From Candidatus Paracaedimonas acanthamoebae (lineage in GTDB: Bacteria; Pseudomonadota; Alphaproteobacteria; Caedimonadales; Caedimonadaceae), in assembly GCA_000743035.1 (NCBI GenBank), contig CP008939.1, positions 90,001 through 122,000 of the forward strand: a stretch of DNA of 32,000 nucleotides, written 5' to 3'. Positions 18,294 to 26,524 of the stretch are shown here, piece after piece. Under the pieces are notes generated by a model. That model searched no databases and was not told the origin of the DNA. It saw nothing but the letters and a program-made list of their open reading frames with translations. Within the stretch, counting starts at the first letter, position 1, and each line of letters opens with the position of its first letter. The position numbers were made by a program, and so were the translations under genes.

Positions 18294-18523
18294 TTACCTC
18301 TTCTCCTTGTTTATCTATAGAATCAAAGAGCAGGGTAACGAATAAATCACTTTCCTAAACGGGGTTTGTACCTCCAATGCCGGGTTCGTTGTACTCCCTG
18401 GACCATGTTTTTTAACGGGGTAATCCACCAATAAGCAGACGGCCGCTCTCTTTGATAGCTCAACTTTAGCAGTTAACGAGCGCGAGTTTCTATTTATTAG
18501 GGAAAGGGGTGCCATTTAGGTGG
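18294..18523 (-). ncRNA. Candidate bridge (guide) RNA in the 5' non-coding arm of the IS110-family element
   Basis: 230 nt without a credible ORF, visibly G+C-richer than the surroundings. ACCCCGTT occurs twice (18421-18414, 18365-18358); each copy runs into a 9-mer identical to one insertion junction. A long-range stem pairs ATCAAAGAG (18456-18448) with CTCTTTGAT (18330-18322). Exact RNA ends are unknown. Confidence 0.45.
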
Positions 18524-18783
18524 TTTTTTAAGATATCTCGCTCCTGGCGTAAAATCTCGTTCTCTCGCTTGAGTTGTCTTATATCCTGGTCTTGAGAAGA
18601 TGAACTCTCACTCTTTATAAATGCTTTATCTTTGTGAGTTCTATATTCTTTCATCCACTCATGAAGAGTTGATTTACTAACTCCTAAATCACGGCTCGCA
18701 GCTGCCAGTGATGTTGTGCCTCCCATGATGAGCTGTACTGTATTTAATTTGAACTCTTGATCGTATCGTTTCCTTAAATTCAT
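18524..18783 (-). pseudogene. IS3-family OrfA, cut at its 3' end by the IS110 insertion
   Basis: MNLRKRYDQEFKLNTVQLIMGGTTSLAAASRDLGVSKSTLHEWMKEYRTH...IRQLKRENEILRQERDILK. The frame then enters the IS110 end (NHLNGTPFPNK is not IS3-derived). Confidence 0.8.
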
Positions 18784-18948
18784 TTTTACCTCTTTTAAAC
18801 AGAAATTTATCATCTCCGTTCGGTAAAAATGTGTCTACAATTTCTTGGAAAGATCAATTAAGAAGTGCTCCAGATAAGCACATTATCAACAAGGAAAAAG
18901 AAAATTTCTTTTTTAGAAAATTTAACATACTTTTATCTTCTAGTTGTC

Positions 18949-21156
18949 TCAGATTACAAGCCATTCTTTTAGTTTCGTATATCTTTTTTTCGTATTCTTA
19001 TCTTTCACAGCCATGGCTAAAGATTTCTTTTGCCCGACTAAGATGACAAGCTTTTTTCCACGCGTAATCCCGGTATACAGAAGGTTTCTTTTCAACATAG
19101 GGTAATGCTGCATCATAAGAGGAATAATAATCACTGGATATTCTGATCCTTGAGATTTATGAATGCTAATGGCATAAGCTAAAACAACTTCATCAAGTTC
19201 TCCAAAGTCATATGTGACAAGCCTTTCTTCAAAATTAATGAGCAGTTCTTGCTCTTCTTGTCGAACTTCTTTGATATAGCCAATATCACCATTGTAGACA
19301 TCCTTGTCATAGTTGTTGGTAATCTGCATAACCTTATCTCCCACACTATAGATTGAGCCAAAGCGTTCAACTCTATTTGGAGTTAAAGGGCTTAAAACTT
19401 TTTGTAATTCAATATTAAGAGATCTTGCGCCGACACCACCTCTATTCATGGGACAAAGGACTTGGATCTCTGTTAAAGCATCAACTTTAAAAGCTCTTGG
19501 AACTCTGTCCTTAACAAGCTCTAGAATTTTGTCTTTACAATCTTCAGGTGATTCACTTTCAATGAAATAAAAATCTGCCACTTCCACTTTTGAAGGGAAG
19601 AGGGGCATTAACCCTTGATTGATTCGGTGTGCATTTGAGATGATCTGACTCTGTGCTGCTTGCCTGAAAATCTCTGTTAACCTTGCAACAGGAAAAGCCT
19701 TTGACTCAATGATGGACTCTAAAACAGAGCCAGGTCCAACTGAAGGAAGCTGATCAATATCACCCACAAGGATAAGGGCTGCATTGAGAGGTAAAGCTTT
19801 TAAAAGAGAATTCATTAATGGAACATCTAACATGGAGGTTTCATCAACAATGAGGAGCTGGCACTCAAGGGGGTTATCTGCATTTCTTTTGAAGTCATGC
19901 TTTTCTGGATCATATTCAAGAAGGCGATGAATTGTTTTAGCTTGTAGCCCTGTTGTTTCTGACATCCTTTTAGCAGCACGTCCTGTAGGAGCTGTTAATA
20001 AGATTTCCATATGTTTTGCTGAAAGTATCGTCAAAACGCTCTTAATGAGAGTTGTCTTTCCAACGCCAGGCCCACCTGTAACAATTGATACTTTAGAGGT
20101 AAGTATAAGCTTAAGAGCTTCTTTTTGACTTTCTGCAAGCTTAATTGAGAGTTGCTCTTCAACCCAAGGAATTGCTTTAACAACTTCAATATCTCTCCAA
20201 GGAGGTCTGCCTGATGAAAGCCTTTTTAAAGATTTAGCGATAAGAGTTTCAGCCAGATAAAGCCCCTTAAGAAAAACATAAGGCTCTTCATTAAGAGTGT
20301 CACCGATTAACTCTCCACCTGTAAGCTCAATCTTAAGAGCGGTCTTAATGATTTCTTCTTCAATTTCTAAAGTTTGGGCTGTTGAGGATATTAAGGTCTT
20401 TACAGGAAGCCCACAATGACCTTCATCAGTCGCCTTAAGAAGAATATAACTGATCCCTGCTAGAGCTCTTAAAGGAGAGTCTTTAGCAATACCCACTTTC
20501 TGAGCAATTTGATCTGCTGATTTAAACCCAATTCCTCTGATTTCTCTTGCAAGGCAATAGGGATCTTTTTGAATCACACCGATCGCATCAGCTCCAAAGG
20601 TCTTATAGATCCTAACAGCTCGTGCCGTGCTAATGCCATGTTGATAGAGAAACACCATAATGTCACGAATGACTTTCTGATCACTCCAAGCACGCGTAAT
20701 CATAGACATACGATGCTGACCTATCCCTTCAATGGTTCTTAACCTCTCGGGAGAAGATTCAATAACATTAAATACGTCCTCTCCAAAAGCTTTAACGAGC
20801 TTTTTGGCATATACAGGACCAATTCCCTTTATCATGCCTGAGCCTAAATACTTCTCAATGCCTTCTTCGGTCGTTGGAGCCATAGTCGTGAAATGATTAG
20901 CTTTAAACTGAGGGCCATAGTTCTTATCATTAATCCAAATACCTGAGACTTGAATAAACTCACCAGCTGAAATCATGCTGGCATGACCTACAACAGTGAT
21001 AATCTCTTTATGTTTTTCAGCTTTAACCCGCAAAACACAATAACCGTTTTCAGTGTTATGATAAGTAACACGCTCTACGAGTCCTGAAAGAAGTTCTGAA
21101 TCTGAAGAAGAAATCATTATAAAAGGATAACTAAAAATTATTATTAGGCAAGTCAA
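18949..21156 (-). CDS. recD2: RecD2-type SF1B ATP-dependent DNA helicase (RecD/TraA family)
   Basis: N-terminal VERVTYHNTENGYCVLRVK...GEFIQVSGIWINDKNYGPQFKA, Walker A GGPGVGKTT, LLIVDETSMLD, LVGDIDQLPSVGPG, AISIHKSQGSEYP and YTGITRGKK. The likely true start is MISSSDSE at 21117. Confidence 0.9.
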   Translation of the reverse strand: MTCLIIIFSYPFIMISSSDSELLSGLVERVTYHNTENGYCVLRVKAEKHKEIITVVGHASMISAGEFIQVSGIWINDKNYGPQFKANHFTTMAPTTEEGIEKYLGSGMIKGIGPVYAKKLVKAFGEDVFNVIESSPERLRTIEGIGQHRMSMITRAWSDQKVIRDIMVFLYQHGISTARAVRIYKTFGADAIGVIQKDPYCLAREIRGIGFKSADQIAQKVGIAKDSPLRALAGISYILLKATDEGHCGLPVKTLISSTAQTLEIEEEIIKTALKIELTGGELIGDTLNEEPYVFLKGLYLAETLIAKSLKRLSSGRPPWRDIEVVKAIPWVEEQLSIKLAESQKEALKLILTSKVSIVTGGPGVGKTTLIKSVLTILSAKHMEILLTAPTGRAAKRMSETTGLQAKTIHRLLEYDPEKHDFKRNADNPLECQLLIVDETSMLDVPLMNSLLKALPLNAALILVGDIDQLPSVGPGSVLESIIESKAFPVARLTEIFRQAAQSQIISNAHRINQGLMPLFPSKVEVADFYFIESESPEDCKDKILELVKDRVPRAFKVDALTEIQVLCPMNRGGVGARSLNIELQKVLSPLTPNRVERFGSIYSVGDKVMQITNNYDKDVYNGDIGYIKEVRQEEQELLINFEERLVTYDFGELDEVVLAYAISIHKSQGSEYPVIIIPLMMQHYPMLKRNLLYTGITRGKKLVILVGQKKSLAMAVKDKNTKKRYTKLKEWLVI

Positions 21157-21306
21157 TGCTTAATGAAAGTATTTCCATTAAAACATTGAAAATAAGCTTA
21201 AAGGAAGCTGAGGAAAAATTTGATCTCTAAATTCTGAATCACAATGGTGTTCTACAACTTTATAATAGGGGCCTGAACCTTTTACAATTTTAAGTCTTTT
21301 ACTAAG

Positions 21307-22135
21307 GGCCCTGTTGCAAAAATATTATTTGAGCAGATTTAGGTCTTTTTGCAGTTTTCAATTAAACAGTATAGACACTGAATTGTCGGTTAACGAGACG
21401 GATTTCTCCCTTGAGTCCTTGGCGATATTTCCAAAGATCCATCTGTCCCTTTTTAAACATCCTCATCACTTCAAACCCTTTAATCGTTGCATAAGCTGTT
21501 TTCAAAGATTTAAACCCTAGAGTTGGTTTAATCAGTCGTTTGAGTTTACCATGATCAGCTTCAATAAGGTTATTGAGATACTTAATCTGTCGATGCTCAA
21601 GGTCTTGAGGACAAAGTCCTTCCTTCTTTAATTCTTTGATCGCTACAGCATAAGTAGGTGCCTTATCTGTATTAATTTTACTTGGTTTTTCCCATTCCTT
21701 AAACTTTCTTAAAGCCTTTGAAAGAAACCGTTTGGCAGCACTGATATTTCTTGTCGATGAAAGATAAAAGTCTATAGTACGCCCTCGCTTATCAAGAGCT
21801 CGATAAAGGTAAGCCCATTTACCCTTAACTTTTACATAAGTTTCATCAACTCTCCAGCTATAGCCAAGCCCTGGTTTCCAATACCACCTGAGCCTTTTCT
21901 CAATCTCTGGAGCATAAGTGATTACCCATCTATTAAGAGTTGTATGATCAACCGTAATGCCTCTTTCTTCCATCATTTCTTCAAGGTCCCGATAGCTGAT
22001 CCCGTATTTACAATACCACCTTACGCATCCAAGAATAATATCCCCTTGAAAATGACGCCACTTAAAATCATTCATCCAATAGTCCTCTAATTTTTAGAAA
22101 CTCTGAACGAAGACAAAACTTTTTGCAACAGGGCC
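21307..22135 (-). mobile_element. Intact IS6-family insertion sequence (829 bp)
   Basis: Perfect 16-bp terminal inverted repeats: GGCCCTGTTGCAAAAA at 21307-21322 and its complement at 22120-22135. They enclose a single 237-codon transposase gene. The flanking 8-mers differ (TTACTAAG vs ATCCTATC). Confidence 0.9.
21362..22075 (-). CDS. IS6-family (IS26/IS257-like) DDE transposase
   Basis: MNDFKWRHFQGDIILGCVRWYCKYGISYRDLEEMMEERGITVDHTTLNRWV...WRVDETYVKVKGKWAYLYRALD...INTDKAPTY...NNLIEADHGKLKR is the canonical IS6 pattern. Confidence 0.92.
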   Translation of the reverse strand: MNDFKWRHFQGDIILGCVRWYCKYGISYRDLEEMMEERGITVDHTTLNRWVITYAPEIEKRLRWYWKPGLGYSWRVDETYVKVKGKWAYLYRALDKRGRTIDFYLSSTRNISAAKRFLSKALRKFKEWEKPSKINTDKAPTYAVAIKELKKEGLCPQDLEHRQIKYLNNLIEADHGKLKRLIKPTLGFKSLKTAYATIKGFEVMRMFKKGQMDLWKYRQGLKGEIRLVNRQFSVYTV

Positions 22136-22398
22136 ATCCTATCTTAGGTATTGCACATAATAAGATTATGATTATTGATAATGATATTGTCTTATCAGGG
22201 TCTTATAATTGGACGAATGCAGCAGAAACAAGAAATGCAGAAAATCTGTTAATTATTAAGGATCAATCAACCGTTCAAATCTACATAATAAACTGGAAAA
22301 AGCGTTATCAAAGAGCAAAAGAGATGAACTTACAAAATGGTATGACTAAAAAACTCATCATGCATAAAAAACCAATTAAACTAAAGTTGACTCCTTAA
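22136..22398 (+). pseudogene. C-terminal half of a phospholipase-D-family (Nuc-like, HKD motif) nuclease, truncated by the IS6 element
   Basis: ILGIAHNKIMIIDNDIVLSGSYNWTNAAETRNAENLLIIKD carries the H-x-K-x4-D...GS-x-N HKD motif. The first codons of the track ORF (MQQG) come from the IS6 inverted repeat. No matching N-terminal half lies left of the IS. Confidence 0.75.
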
Positions 22399-22516
22399 TA
22401 CCAAATGCACAATATTTAATCATATGCCTTTAAAGCCGAGAGTATAACCCTCATATAACCTTTATCCACAATCCTGTCCCCAGAATTTGAGGATAACTTT
22501 TTTAGAAAGCAGATAA

Positions 22517-23008
22517 ATGACAGAAAGATTCAAGCTCACAATTAAGAAACCCTTAAGCTTAGAAAAACAATCTCAGCTCTTTCAAGCTTTGAAACCGCTT
22601 CAAGTAAGTACAGAGAAAGAAAAACACCAACATCTGTATCAGCAGGCACAAAAAGAAAAAGAAGCTAAACAAAAGAAGAAAAAAGAGGTTAAAGCAGCAC
22701 TTACATGGCTTTATAAAAATTTTTCAGATTGCTTTAATCTAGAAATTTTAAAACCTTTAAAGCTTAATATTAATAAAGATATTTATCCTTACCTTGAGCA
22801 AGAAGGAGCTCCCTCAAAAATTAAATTAAGGCTTGCGCTTAAATATTACACCCACAACCTTGATTATCTTAAAGCGCTTATCAATGGTGTTTACCGATAT
22901 GATTTAAAGGGTCAACAAGTAGAAGAAATTACGCAAGAGCAAAAGACGTTTTCACAAGGAAAACTTGAGAAAATTCTTCAATCAATAAAAGCTAAAAAGG
23001 CAACGTAA
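22517..23008 (+). CDS. ProQ/FinO-domain RNA chaperone-like protein
   Basis: ALTWLYKNFSDCFNLEILKPLKLNINKDIYPYLEQEGAPSKIKLRLALKYYTHNLDYLKALINGVYRYDLKGQQVEEITQEQKTFSQGKL aligns block for block with E. coli ProQ (FLAERFPHCF...PLKIGIFQDL...SKTQLRSALRLYTSSWRYL...RVDLDG...HARKQL). Confidence 0.75.
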   Translation: MTERFKLTIKKPLSLEKQSQLFQALKPLQVSTEKEKHQHLYQQAQKEKEAKQKKKKEVKAALTWLYKNFSDCFNLEILKPLKLNINKDIYPYLEQEGAPSKIKLRLALKYYTHNLDYLKALINGVYRYDLKGQQVEEITQEQKTFSQGKLEKILQSIKAKKAT

Positions 23009-23156
23009 AAATAAATCTTTTAGCCAAGATAAAACAGGCAATTCTTAGTAAATTTAGTAAGGTATATCCTATATTTTGATCAATTTTTCACTTTTCAAAA
23101 CTTATTATATGCTTTAATATATATTCAGGTAGTTATATATATTAAGACAGATTAAA

Positions 23157-23438
23157 ATGGAAGCCTTGATAATAGAATTGCGTGAAATTCGTAAGAAAAA
23201 AGGTATGACTCAAATTGAGCTTGCCCGCCAGGTTGGCCTTCCCCAAAGTCATATTTCAGCCATTGAACAAGGAAAGATAGATCTAAGAGTCTCAACCTTG
23301 ATTCAAATAGCGCGTATTCTAGACCACGAAGCCACGCTAATTCCTCGCCAATTAGATTCATTTATTAAAGTGATGATAAAAGAGAAAGTAGGCACCGAAA
23401 TTGAACCTCGATTCCAACCTGATGATGAGATAGATTAA
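23157..23438 (+). CDS. hipB: XRE-family HTH antitoxin (HipB-like)
   Basis: LREIRKKKGMTQIELARQVGLPQSHISAIEQGKIDLRVSTLIQIARIL is an XRE/Cro HTH. It ends 2 nt before the hipA start. Confidence 0.8.
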   Translation: MEALIIELREIRKKKGMTQIELARQVGLPQSHISAIEQGKIDLRVSTLIQIARILDHEATLIPRQLDSFIKVMIKEKVGTEIEPRFQPDDEID

Positions 23439-23440
23439 TT

Positions 23441-24649
23441 ATGGCAAAATTACTTGATGTCTATCTACAGGGTAACTGCATTGGACAAATTAGCTTGTTA
23501 CCAGGAGAGAACACTTTCTTTTCTTTTGAGGAAAGTTACATTAAAAGCCATTCTCATCTTACCTTAAGTCAAAGTTTCATATCTAAGACAGGACAACTCA
23601 TAACAGAAGTTAAACCAACACGTACTCGTCTTCATCCTTTCTTTTCTAACCTTTTACCTGAAGGGCATTTGCGAGATTATCTGGCCGCCAGAAATCAAAT
23701 TAATTCTAAAAGGGAGTTTCCTTTGATTGAAGCTCTCGGCGCTGATCTTCCTGGTGCTGTGATTATTCAACCATCCACAGGAGAAAGGCACAGACTTTTA
23801 GATTCTGAAACCACTTTAAATGAAATTTTTTCTAAAAAATTACCCTATAGATTTTCACTTGCCGGCATACAGCTAAAGTTCTCTGCTATAGCTGAGCGGA
23901 AAGGAGGACTTACTATTCCTGCTTCAGGTGTAGGAGGTACGTGGATTGTAAAACTCCCTTCTGTAAACTTTCTTCAGGTGCCTGAAAATGAATATACCAT
24001 GATGAGTTTAGCTAAAAAGGTAGGCATTAATATTCCTGAGTGCAATCTTATAGAAATGAAAGATATTGAGGGTCTGCCAGATTTAGGTTCTCTTCAAGGA
24101 CATTTAGCCTTAGCTGTAAAACGCTTTGATAGAGAGGCTAACAATACTCGTATTCATATGGAAGACTTTGCTCAAGTGTATGGCCTTTACCCTGAGCAGA
24201 AATATGACAAAGTAAGTTATACTAATATCGCAAATATGATTTGGACTTTGTGTGGAGAAGAAGGTTTAACGGAATATATTCGAAGATTGGTATTTTGTAT
24301 TCTTATTGGAAATGGTGATATGCACCTAAAAAACTGGTCCTTCCTTTATCCTGATGGAAACACTCCTGTGCTAGCACCCGCTTATGATTTACTTTCAACA
24401 ATTCCTTATATTCCAGGAGATAATCTAGCATTAACGCTTGTAAAAACAAAACATATGCATCTTTGCAATAAAGACCTCTTTAACCTATTATCAGAAAAAG
24501 CAAAATTGCCAAAACACCTCGTTCTGAATACTGTAGTTCAAGCTGCCGAAGCTACAAGAGAGAATTGGAATGATGCTAAAAGAGGTTTAAACTTAGATAA
24601 GAAAATAGTCGCTGATATAGATAAACATATGGCATCTATCCCTTTGTAA
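23441..24649 (+). CDS. hipA: HipA-family Ser/Thr kinase toxin
   Basis: N-terminal coupling domain LDVYLQGNCIGQISLLPGENTFFSFEESY, FSLAGIQLKFSA (P-loop-like region) and LIGNGDMHLKNWSFLY (catalytic D-x-H-x-K-N). Confidence 0.9.
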   Translation: MAKLLDVYLQGNCIGQISLLPGENTFFSFEESYIKSHSHLTLSQSFISKTGQLITEVKPTRTRLHPFFSNLLPEGHLRDYLAARNQINSKREFPLIEALGADLPGAVIIQPSTGERHRLLDSETTLNEIFSKKLPYRFSLAGIQLKFSAIAERKGGLTIPASGVGGTWIVKLPSVNFLQVPENEYTMMSLAKKVGINIPECNLIEMKDIEGLPDLGSLQGHLALAVKRFDREANNTRIHMEDFAQVYGLYPEQKYDKVSYTNIANMIWTLCGEEGLTEYIRRLVFCILIGNGDMHLKNWSFLYPDGNTPVLAPAYDLLSTIPYIPGDNLALTLVKTKHMHLCNKDLFNLLSEKAKLPKHLVLNTVVQAAEATRENWNDAKRGLNLDKKIVADIDKHMASIPL

Positions 24650-24736
24650 AAATAAATATATATTTTAGGAGTTTTGCAACATAATCCATTTAGAGACCAT
24701 TAGACGAGGATCACTGAAATATATGAGGATAAGATC

Positions 24737-24862
24737 ATGACACTCGCTGAACAATCGAAACAAGAAGGCCGCATAGAAGTTGCGCGTTCTATGCTGAAAA
24801 AAGGCCTTAATACACAAGTGATTGTAGAAGTTACAAGATTAACTAAAGAACAAATTTCTTAG
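24737..24862 (+). pseudogene. C-terminal tail remnant of an Rpn/YhgA-like recombination-promoting nuclease
   Basis: MTLAEQSKQEGRIEVARSMLKKGLNTQVIVEVTRLTKEQIS resembles the conserved C-terminal tail of Rpn-family proteins. The nuclease domain is absent. Confidence 0.4.
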
Positions 24863-24870
24863 TTTATCCA

Positions 24871-25095
24871 CTAATACTGTTTCCTGAGCTTCATCATCTC
24901 TTCATGCACACTCAAAGAAGAAAAATGAGAATCTTTTTTTAAAGCCGTTGAATATTCTCGAACCCAAGCCGCCAAAGTTGAGGAAGGAACTCCAAGCTCT
25001 TTCCCTAATTTTGGATAAGAGGTCTCCCTACTCATATAAAGACGTACCGCTTGCTCCTTAAATTCTTGGTCATACTGACGTACTTCTCTCTTCAT
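24871..25095 (-). pseudogene. Solo IS3-family orfA (no orfB follows)
   Basis: MKREVRQYDQEFKEQAVRLYMSRETSYPKLGKELGVPSSTLAAWVREY resembles the OrfA at 18783-18524. It stops inside the leucine-zipper region, and no integrase-core gene lies downstream. Confidence 0.7.
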
Positions 25096-25358
25096 AACAC
25101 TTTAAGCATTCTTAATCTAATTAATGCTCCTTGGAAATCTGTGTCCTCAAAAAATGGCCCCGTAGGGCAACCAAGAGATGCTGTTCTTTCCTAAAATCAT
25201 ATAGAGGGATCCTGGCTGAATTAGTTCTTAAGAATCTTTACTATTAATCTATTTCTATTGATGATTAGCTTCAATTCTTGACTGAGTCCCAATAGGTTAT
25301 TAGTGTGTATTGGATTCATAAGCTACTTAATACATACAAATTCTTGGGGGAGTTAGAA

Positions 25359-26207
25359 ATGCTTCATGCTAATAATCAGAAATGGTTTATTTTTGGCCTA
25401 CTTTTTTTAATGAATGGCCCCACCCTTTTTTCTTCGCCCTCCATAGACTCTGATGAACCTGCCGGGAATATTGAGAGAAATTGGTCAGGTCAAGCTACTT
25501 TTCAAAGAATAGCTGAATTAGAAAGTGAAGGAATATTGAATGTGAGATCTAATATAAGAATCCTTGCAAATTTTAGCCGGCTGGCTCAACAAGTAAAAAA
25601 TCTTAAAGAAGAAAATAAGGCTTTAGATGAGTCTCTTTCTGAGGTGTCCTCTTTAAGCATTCCTACTTTAAGAAGATGCATCTTTCAAAACATCACTTTG
25701 AAAAAAACAATTGATACAGAAGGAGGGCACATTAACCATGAATCCAAGCATTATATCAATAATGATAAAATACTCAATGAGTGTCTTAGGGACTATGAAG
25801 GTAGTTTAGCACAGCACCTAAGAGGTAAAATAAAGCGCCGCCTACCTATAAGGAAGGATATGAGCCCTTTAGGCGAACATGCAGGCTGGTATGAGAAAAG
25901 GATTGGACTAAGAGCAACGCATCAAAGAGTAAAGCAACTTGAAGATGAAAATAGCTTAAATGTGAGGTCTCATATTCGGATAAGAGATAATTTAAATAGA
26001 GTGAGAGAACAGATTATTGATTCAGAAGAAGAAAGAAACCGTAAGATTGACCAATTTAATTACCCAAAAGAAATAGCAACATGCGTGAGAGCAGCAGCTG
26101 AGTTTGCACAAATAGTAACCCCTGATATTTCAGTAGTCCACTCTCAGTTTATGCACTGTTTTCATAACCCCCTCTTCAGAAATAACCCTATTCCAAAAGA
26201 AGATTAA
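25359..26207 (+). CDS. Secreted hypothetical protein with two copies of a repeat of about 45 aa
   Basis: The likely start MLHANNQKWFIFGLLFLMNGPTLFS (signal-like) is preceded by GGGGGAG. Repeats are ATFQRIAELESEGILNVRSNIRILANFSRLAQQV and ATHQRVKQLEDENSLNVRSHIRIRDNLNRVREQI. No family recognised. Confidence 0.6.
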   Translation: MLHANNQKWFIFGLLFLMNGPTLFSSPSIDSDEPAGNIERNWSGQATFQRIAELESEGILNVRSNIRILANFSRLAQQVKNLKEENKALDESLSEVSSLSIPTLRRCIFQNITLKKTIDTEGGHINHESKHYINNDKILNECLRDYEGSLAQHLRGKIKRRLPIRKDMSPLGEHAGWYEKRIGLRATHQRVKQLEDENSLNVRSHIRIRDNLNRVREQIIDSEEERNRKIDQFNYPKEIATCVRAAAEFAQIVTPDISVVHSQFMHCFHNPLFRNNPIPKED

Positions 26208-26271
26208 GATATAATTAAATTATATAAGAATAACTTCTTTCATTATTTAATTTAGGCAACAAAGCGATTTA

Positions 26272-26524
26272 AAGGGTTCTGATACTGTGTTAAGGATCAA
26301 GGATTAATTTTAAGAATTTCAGGATTAAAAACTGTTTTATATTTCAGCACCCCGAAGCAAATATGAAGAAGCTTTCTCATAATAGCGCCTATAATCACCA
26401 TAGTATGTTTGCCTTTTTTCTCTAATTTTTGGACAAAGGGTTGAAGAAGCGGATTATGATTTTTAGCTGCGATAGATGGGAAATAAAGGGCTTTCCTTTG
26501 GGAATCCTTATACTTTAGTTGCAA
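26272..26524 (-). mobile_element. IS110-family 3'-terminal fragment, copy B (longest copy)
   Basis: Encodes ...SQRKALYFPSIAAKNHNPLLQPFVQKLEKKGKHTMVIIGAIMRKLLHICFGVLKYKTVFNPEILKINP-stop, the conserved C-terminus of IS110-family enzymes. Followed by TCCTTAACACAGTATCAGAACCCTT. Confidence 0.75.

Larger units (their letters stand above)
16925..18523 (-). mobile_element. Intact IS110-family insertion sequence (1599 bp) inserted in the A-run of the host IS3 frameshift window
   Basis: Boundaries are inferred from restoration of the IS3 sequence. The left flank is ...GATATCTTAAAAAA, then the element starts CCACCTAAATGG. The element ends ...GAGTTTCTTAGG, then the right flank is AAAGCGTTGGGC. There are no terminal IRs, as is usual for IS110. 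The transposase stop lies 1 nt from the element end. Confidence 0.8.

Noticed and set aside
18315-18515. 66-codon minus-strand ORF upstream of the IS110 transposase
   Set aside because: It has no RBS and no motif, and it lies in the structured non-coding arm, which is better explained as a guide or bridge RNA candidate.
24668-24690. GTTTTGCAACATAATCC downstream of hipA, resembling an IS6 inverted-repeat core (TTGCAAC)
   Set aside because: Only about 9 bases match the intact IS6 IR and the orientation makes no sense relative to neighbouring fragments. It is too short to call.
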